From: Dehalococcoidia bacterium | GTDB taxonomy: Bacteria; Chloroflexota; Dehalococcoidia; Lucifugimonadales; UBA3495 | Length of the DNA: 64,000 bases | Direction: 5' to 3' | Assembly: GCA_030740155.1 (NCBI GenBank) | Contig: JASLXV010000069.1 | Location: 64,001 to 128,000, forward strand | Shown here: one piece after another, positions 59,173 to 64,000 of the stretch | Position numbering within the stretch: position 1 is the stretch's first letter | Layout of the letters: each line of letters starts with the position of its first letter | Notes under the pieces: model-generated | Told to the model about the DNA's origin: nothing | What the model saw: the letters and a program-made list of their open reading frames with translations, nothing else | Database searches by the model: none | Position numbers and translations under genes: made by a program

Positions 59173-59395
59173 TCCAGACCATCAGTGCCCAGGTCAGATT
59201 GCGCGCGCCCGGTAGGAACGCCATGCTCGACAAAACTAATTGTAGGTGTGCCTTCGGAAGCCGTCAAGCGGCAGTTACTGATCTTGCCCGCCTCGGCGGG
59301 GGACCGGCCCCTTGGCGGCGGCGGCCGGAGCGTACCGGCAAGCGTTGCGCCGTACCACACCTGGCGTTATAGTGGCCCCGGAAGGGGGCAGTGCC

Positions 59396-60181
59396 ATGAA
59401 CATAGCCAGGTTCCGGGCCGAGGGCCGGGTTCGCTATGGTGTGGTCGAGGGGGACTCTGTAACGGACATCCTCGGCAGCCCATTTCAGGGTGAGGTCCGG
59501 ATGAGTTCCCGCAGCCGACGCCTGGCCGAGGTGGCCCTGCTTCCCGTGACCTCCCCCAGTCAGGTGTTCGGAGGGGTGGGGGTCAACTACCGCGACCATC
59601 TGGCCCAGGCCCAGGAATCCAGCGACATCCCTTTCAGCAACGTGGGTATCCAGCCATTTCCCAAGAGCAACGCGTCTCTAACCGGGAGTGGTTCTCCGAT
59701 CGTGCTGACGCCGGAAGCCGGCGCAGTGCACTACGAGGGGGAGTTGGTCGTGGTGATCGGCCGCCGGGCCCGCCGGGTAAGCTGGGAATGTGCTCTGGAC
59801 TACGTTCTGGGATATACCTGCGGCAACGATGTCACCGAGAAATCGATCTGGGAGAAAGATTACTCCGACTGGCGCTCCAAGGGCCTTCCCACCTGGGGCC
59901 CGGTGGGACCTTGGATCGCAACCCACCTGGAACCCAGCAACCTGGATGTAACCGAGCGCTTAAACGGCCTGGTGGAGCACCGGTTCAATACCGGGGACAT
60001 GATCCATGACGTGGCGTCAATCGTCAGCTACAACAGCCAGTACACCACGCTGTTTCCGGGCGACCTCATCTTCACGGGAACCTCGGGTTCCACCAGAGCG
60101 ATGAAACCTGGCGATGTGGTGGAGGTGGAGATATCCGGCATCGGCACACTGAAGAATCCGGTCTCAATGGAGAAGGTGTAG
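59396..60181 (+). CDS. Fumarylacetoacetate hydrolase family protein
   Basis: GVNYRDH, HYEGELVVVIG, GYTCGNDVT, GPVGPWI, PGDLIFTGT. Confidence 0.93.
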   Translation: MNIARFRAEGRVRYGVVEGDSVTDILGSPFQGEVRMSSRSRRLAEVALLPVTSPSQVFGGVGVNYRDHLAQAQESSDIPFSNVGIQPFPKSNASLTGSGSPIVLTPEAGAVHYEGELVVVIGRRARRVSWECALDYVLGYTCGNDVTEKSIWEKDYSDWRSKGLPTWGPVGPWIATHLEPSNLDVTERLNGLVEHRFNTGDMIHDVASIVSYNSQYTTLFPGDLIFTGTSGSTRAMKPGDVVEVEISGIGTLKNPVSMEKV

Positions 60182-60241
60182 GCCGCGCCCGGCACCGCAT
60201 TGAGCCAGCGGCAAGACTCGTGGAAACAAGGAGTGGCATAT

Positions 60242-60649
60242 ATGGATAGCGAAGTCAGAGGGCTACAGGAAGACCTGCGGAAGATGGAAGAGGTCGCGGG
60301 CGAGAGCCTGGGCAGCGTCCGAGAATCAAGTCTTGACCTGGCGATCGAAGACGGGCGCACCCTCCGGCAGGTGATCTACGACTTGACCGATCATTACCGG
60401 GAGCATATCGAGCAGTTGCTCTGGTCCAAGTGGGGCCAGAAGATCGGGCGGACTGAAATCAGGCGGGCCCTGGCGGAGCTTCAGAGTGTCCGCTCCCAAT
60501 TCGCGGCTTATTTCACGGACCTGCAAGACGCGCAGTTGGATGTTTCCAGCGCCTCCGCCCAGGATTCCTCACCCCGGGAGATCATTCTTCACGCGCTGGA
60601 GGAGGAAGACCGGGTCATGAAGGCCATTGACAAAGTCCTCGGGGAGTAA
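60242..60649 (+). CDS. DinB/YfiT-like four-helix-bundle protein (apparently permuted)
   Basis: TLRQVIYDLTDHYREHIEQL and SPREIILHALEEE; RBS AAGGAG; paralogous to the next gene. Confidence 0.7.
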   Translation: MDSEVRGLQEDLRKMEEVAGESLGSVRESSLDLAIEDGRTLRQVIYDLTDHYREHIEQLLWSKWGQKIGRTEIRRALAELQSVRSQFAAYFTDLQDAQLDVSSASAQDSSPREIILHALEEEDRVMKAIDKVLGE

Positions 60650-60783
60650 AGAAGGGCGGACTCCCTGCTCCCCCTCGTTCGGGAAGATTATCCGGCCCAC
60701 CCAAAGGGTACGCCCAAAACAACCAACAGTAAGCTATTAAACGTCCCGTGATTTCAGGGACGCCATCTAGGAGGAGGTTTCTC

Positions 60784-61278
60784 ATGGACACCGAGGTGCG
60801 CGAATTGATCGAGAAGCTGGAGACCCAGCGGCGGGAGGGCATGGAGCTTCTCCTCACCTTGACCGATGACCAACTGAACAGGCCTTTCACCGACGAGCGC
60901 TCTACGGAAGAAGGCCCGTTCACCATTCGGCGCCTGCTTCACCGGATATCGACCCATCATACCGACCATATCCAGCACATCCTCAAGGTCCGCCGGGCCA
61001 TGGGTTTGCCCCGCAGCGAGACCACCCGGGCCCTCGCCGAGATGCAGGCGATCCGGGCCGAGCTTGTCACCAGCCTGACGGACCTGAACGACGAGGACTT
61101 GCATCGAGACGCCTCCGAGGGCAACGAGATGGGGAACCTCAAGCAGCGTACCGGGGAAGAGCCAGAATACACGATACGCCGCATCGTGGAGCACGTGGTG
61201 GAGATGGAGGAGATACGACTGACCCACATTCGGATGGCCCTCACCAGCGACAAGGGCGTCAATCCGGAAATCCATTAG
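60784..61278 (+). CDS. DinB/YfiT-like four-helix-bundle protein (apparently permuted)
   Basis: LTDDQL, TIRRLLHRISTHHTDHIQHI, LNDEDL, YTIRRIVEHVVEMEE; RBS GGAGGAGG. Confidence 0.75.
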   Translation: MDTEVRELIEKLETQRREGMELLLTLTDDQLNRPFTDERSTEEGPFTIRRLLHRISTHHTDHIQHILKVRRAMGLPRSETTRALAEMQAIRAELVTSLTDLNDEDLHRDASEGNEMGNLKQRTGEEPEYTIRRIVEHVVEMEEIRLTHIRMALTSDKGVNPEIH

Positions 61279-61440
61279 CCGGCCCGCCTGGGCGCCTGGG
61301 TCCTGTCGATTCAGAATCAACGCGCCGACCGCGGCCTCACGGCCATTCCGGCGCCGGTGGCGTCCGGCCCGGTTGATTGGCTCGCAGTTTCCGGAGGCGG
61401 AAATCCCGGAAACCCCGGAAATCGATGAACGGGAGATTCG

Positions 61441-62685
61441 ATGGAATTAGCTTCCACCACCGTGGGTGAGATCGAACCCTCTGAACGCAGATATCGTTGG
61501 GTGATGTTGGCCGGCCTCTGGCTGGCCTACACCTCGTTTGGACTGGTCTCCGGCGGAATTCCGCCAATGGTCGGGACCATAAGCGACTCTCTGCACCTGA
61601 GCCCATCGGCCATGGGAAGTATCTTGGGGGCTTGGCCGTTGGTCTACATCGCAACATCCGCCCCCGCCGGCGCCTTGATCGACCGCTTCGGGCTGCGCCG
61701 GTCCATGGCCGCGGGCATCGTCCTGGTGGCCCTCTCCGGAGTACTGAGAGCCGTAGCGGTCAACCATGCCACCATGTTCCTGGCCGTCGCCGTCTTCGGC
61801 CTGGGCGGGCCTTTCATCTCCATCGGAGCGCCGAAGCTCATCAGCGTATGGTTCAACCGGAAGGACCGGGGCCTGGCGATGGGCATCTACATGACGGCTT
61901 CAAGCACCGGGCGTATCTTGGCCCTGGCGACGGCCAATAGCATCTTGATGCCCCTCTACCGATCCAGTTGGCGGCTCACCCTGGCCACCTATGGAGGCGT
62001 GGCTTTGCTGAGCGCGTTCATCTGGTGGTTCATGGCCCGGGACCTGGAAAATTCAAGGGAGGAGGCGGGGGGCTCGCACCACTCGCTCCTCGCCGGTATG
62101 AAAGTGTTCCCCTTGCTGCTCCGAATTCCAGTCATGAAGATCACCCTGGTCGTAAGCCTGGGCGGTTTTTTCTTCCGGCACGGCCTTAACGACTGGTTAC
62201 CCGAGATCCTTCGAGACGGTGGCATGACGGCGGCGGCGGCCGGGCTCTGGGCGGTCTTGCCCATCGTCGTGGGGATTGGAACCACTCTGGTTGTCCCCCC
62301 AATGGCGAAGCCCAGCCGCCGCATTCCGATGCTGATTGCGTTCTTTCTGGCATCGGGGGGCGCCGCGCTGATGGTGGGTAACTCCACGGGCGTACAGCTT
62401 ACCCTGGGGCTGGTCATCATGGGGGCGGCAAGCCGGGCCGTCTCGCCCATAATCATGCTGATCCTCATGGATGCTCCTCAGGTCGGTCCCCAGCGAATGG
62501 GCGCCGCCGGAGGGCTGTACTTCATGGTTGGGGAAGTGGGAGGTGTGTTGGGGCCAGTGTTCCTGGGTGTCATCGCCGATCTGTCTGGCGGATTCCTGGC
62601 CTCATTGATCATGCTGGCAGCCATGAGCGTTGTCCTGGCCGCCTTTTCCCTGCGGCTGGGATTTCTGCTTCGCAAAATGGATTAA
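61441..62685 (+). CDS. MFS transporter (CynX/NimT-like), copy 1
   Basis: About 12 TM segments, GALIDRFGLRR motif A, WFNRKDRGLAMG. Confidence 0.92.
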   Translation: MELASTTVGEIEPSERRYRWVMLAGLWLAYTSFGLVSGGIPPMVGTISDSLHLSPSAMGSILGAWPLVYIATSAPAGALIDRFGLRRSMAAGIVLVALSGVLRAVAVNHATMFLAVAVFGLGGPFISIGAPKLISVWFNRKDRGLAMGIYMTASSTGRILALATANSILMPLYRSSWRLTLATYGGVALLSAFIWWFMARDLENSREEAGGSHHSLLAGMKVFPLLLRIPVMKITLVVSLGGFFFRHGLNDWLPEILRDGGMTAAAAGLWAVLPIVVGIGTTLVVPPMAKPSRRIPMLIAFFLASGGAALMVGNSTGVQLTLGLVIMGAASRAVSPIIMLILMDAPQVGPQRMGAAGGLYFMVGEVGGVLGPVFLGVIADLSGGFLASLIMLAAMSVVLAAFSLRLGFLLRKMD

Positions 62686-62809
62686 ACCATTGTCTCCGGG
62701 CTGCCAATCCAGGCCCCGAGGCGGCTCATCGCGGGTTTCCGGTCCGCCTTCCGCCTGCCGGCAGGGGGATGTGGCGGATTCCGGGTCCGGCGTGAGCCGA
62801 AGAGCAGGG

Positions 62810-62838
62810 TTGACAGCCCTGTAGGCGCTGACTATGAT
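62810..62838 (+). promoter_or_regulatory. Near-consensus sigma70 promoter
   Basis: TTGACA (62810-62815), 17 bp, TATGAT (62833-62838), with no credible ORF downstream for about 490 nt. Confidence 0.8.
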
Positions 62839-62844
62839 GCCGAA

Positions 62845-63281
62845 GGTGTGCAAATCGGTAGTATTCGAGCTAGCGCCGGGAATCTCTGCGCCTTGCGGGA
62901 CCTCGAGTCCGGGGCCGTCAGTGCGGTTTGACGAGGGCGCAAGCGGGTTAATCCCTGGATGAATTCCAGTTCGCCGGTGGGACCTGCCGCCGATTCCGGG
63001 CGGGCGTTGGCTGGTTAAGAACCGGCCAACGGGTCCGGCCCGGCCATCCTTGGCCTCCAGGTACGGTCCTCCCGGGGCATGTGGCCCGGTTACCCAAGTG
63101 ATGCGGGCTCCCGGAGCCAACAGCCGTCACCGAGGCTCCCTCCAGTTCAGCCCTTGCTGCCGTCTGTCGCAACAGGGGGCGCTCTGAGCACGATCATCGA
63201 GGCGATGCCCATTACACCGGTGCCATCGTCTAATGGGACACCGTTGCAGCTCGGGAGCGAGCTGCCGGGAAAGCCTTCGGC
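62845..63281 (+). ncRNA. Candidate large structured non-coding RNA of unknown class
   Basis: Starts at a consensus promoter; many nested hairpins and junctions, 5'/3' long-range pairing, G-U pairs consistent with the + strand. Confidence 0.6.
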
Positions 63282-63327
63282 AGAGGCGCGGCCGGCGGTT
63301 GGCGGACAACTATAATCGGGAGACTCG

Positions 63328-64000
63328 ATGGATTCAGCATCCACCACCGCCGGTGAGGTTGCCCCTTCCGAGCGAGGGCAGCGTTGGGTCATGCTGGCCG
63401 GCCTGTGGCTGGCCTACACCTCGTTTGGCCTGGTGTCCGGCGGCATACCTCCCCTCGTTGGACGGGTGAGCAGTGACCTGAACCTGAGCCGCTCGGCCAT
63501 GGGCAGCGTCATGGGGGCCTGGCCCCTGGTCTACATAGCCGTGTCCGTTCCCGCCGGTGCTTTGATCGACCGCTTCGGGCTGCGGCGCTCTCTGGCCGTG
63601 GGAATCATCCTGGTGGCCCTCTCCGGGATACTTAGGGCCGTAGCGGTCAACTATGCCACCATGTTCTTGGCCGTCGCCATCTTCGGCGTGGGTGGGCCCT
63701 TCATCTCCATCGGCGCGCCAAAGCTCATCAGCGTTTGGTTCAACCGTAAGGACCGGGGGCTGGCGATGGGCATCTACATGACAGCGTCGAACACCGGACG
63801 CATCCTGGCCCTGGCAACTGCCAACAGCGTCCTGATGCCCCTCTACCGGTCGAGCTGGCGGCTCACCATGGCCACTTACGCGGGGGTGGCGTTGCTGAGC
63901 GCGTTCCTCTGGTGGTTCATGGCCCGCGATCTGGAGCAATCAAGCGATTCAGCCAAGGGTTCCGGCAAAGACCTCGCCGCCAGCATGAAGGTGTTCCCCA
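63328..64000 (+). CDS. MFS transporter, copy 2 (close paralogue of 61441-62685); runs off the window
   Basis: Manual translation MDSASTTAGEVAPSERGQRWVMLAGLWLAYTSFGLVSGGIPP...; long identical nucleotide stretches with copy 1; TATAAT at 63311-63316. Confidence 0.92.
   Translation, partial: MDSASTTAGEVAPSERGQRWVMLAGLWLAYTSFGLVSGGIPPLVGRVSSDLNLSRSAMGSVMGAWPLVYIAVSVPAGALIDRFGLRRSLAVGIILVALSGILRAVAVNYATMFLAVAIFGVGGPFISIGAPKLISVWFNRKDRGLAMGIYMTASNTGRILALATANSVLMPLYRSSWRLTMATYAGVALLSAFLWWFMARDLEQSSDSAKGSGKDLAASMKVFP

Noticed and set aside
62970..62990. GGTGGGACC as a T-box motif
   Set aside because: Lacks the GCG continuation, stem I motifs and a downstream terminator; the downstream gene is not clearly amino-acid related.
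63125..63215. Resemblance of CTCCAGTTC...CGAGG...TTAC to HEARO/omega RNA
   Set aside because: Only short matches, and no IscB/TnpB ORF or transposon ends nearby.
62602..63392. Short ORFs across the MFS intergenic region (62602-63120, 63079-63315, 63147-63392)
   Set aside because: Pro/Gly/Arg-rich, no RBS or motifs; RNA structure and the promoter explain the region better.

Overview
GC-rich bacterial chromosome segment. Gene content and style (CaiB/BaiF pair, crotonases, acyl-CoA ligase, tungsten-type AOR, DinB-like proteins, many short intergenic palindromes) suggest Chloroflexota, probably Dehalococcoidia/SAR202-like; this taxon call is inference. Housekeeping loci: M1 aminopeptidase (partial), leuCD, CIRCE-groES-groEL, cinA, TPP riboswitch-thiG-thiE-thiS, plsX-fabG, PyrR attenuator-pyrR-pyrB. 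No rRNA, tRNA, CRISPR array, transposase or integrase was seen. Most notable observations: (1) a promoter-driven, multi-junction structured RNA of about 430 nt (62845-63281) between two duplicated MFS genes, which I cannot match to a known class; (2) a 184-nt rod-shaped 6S-like RNA upstream of a CHASE2 adenylate cyclase-FecR pair; (3) repeated enzyme plus catalytically degenerate paralogue pairs, including an A'/B'-A/B family I CoA-transferase locus; (4) two apparently circularly permuted DinB-like proteins; (5) an AT-rich SeqA-N-like RHH gene with a palindromic operator inserted antisense into an operon; (6) several nested palindromic repeat families. All family calls are by motif recognition by eye, not database search.
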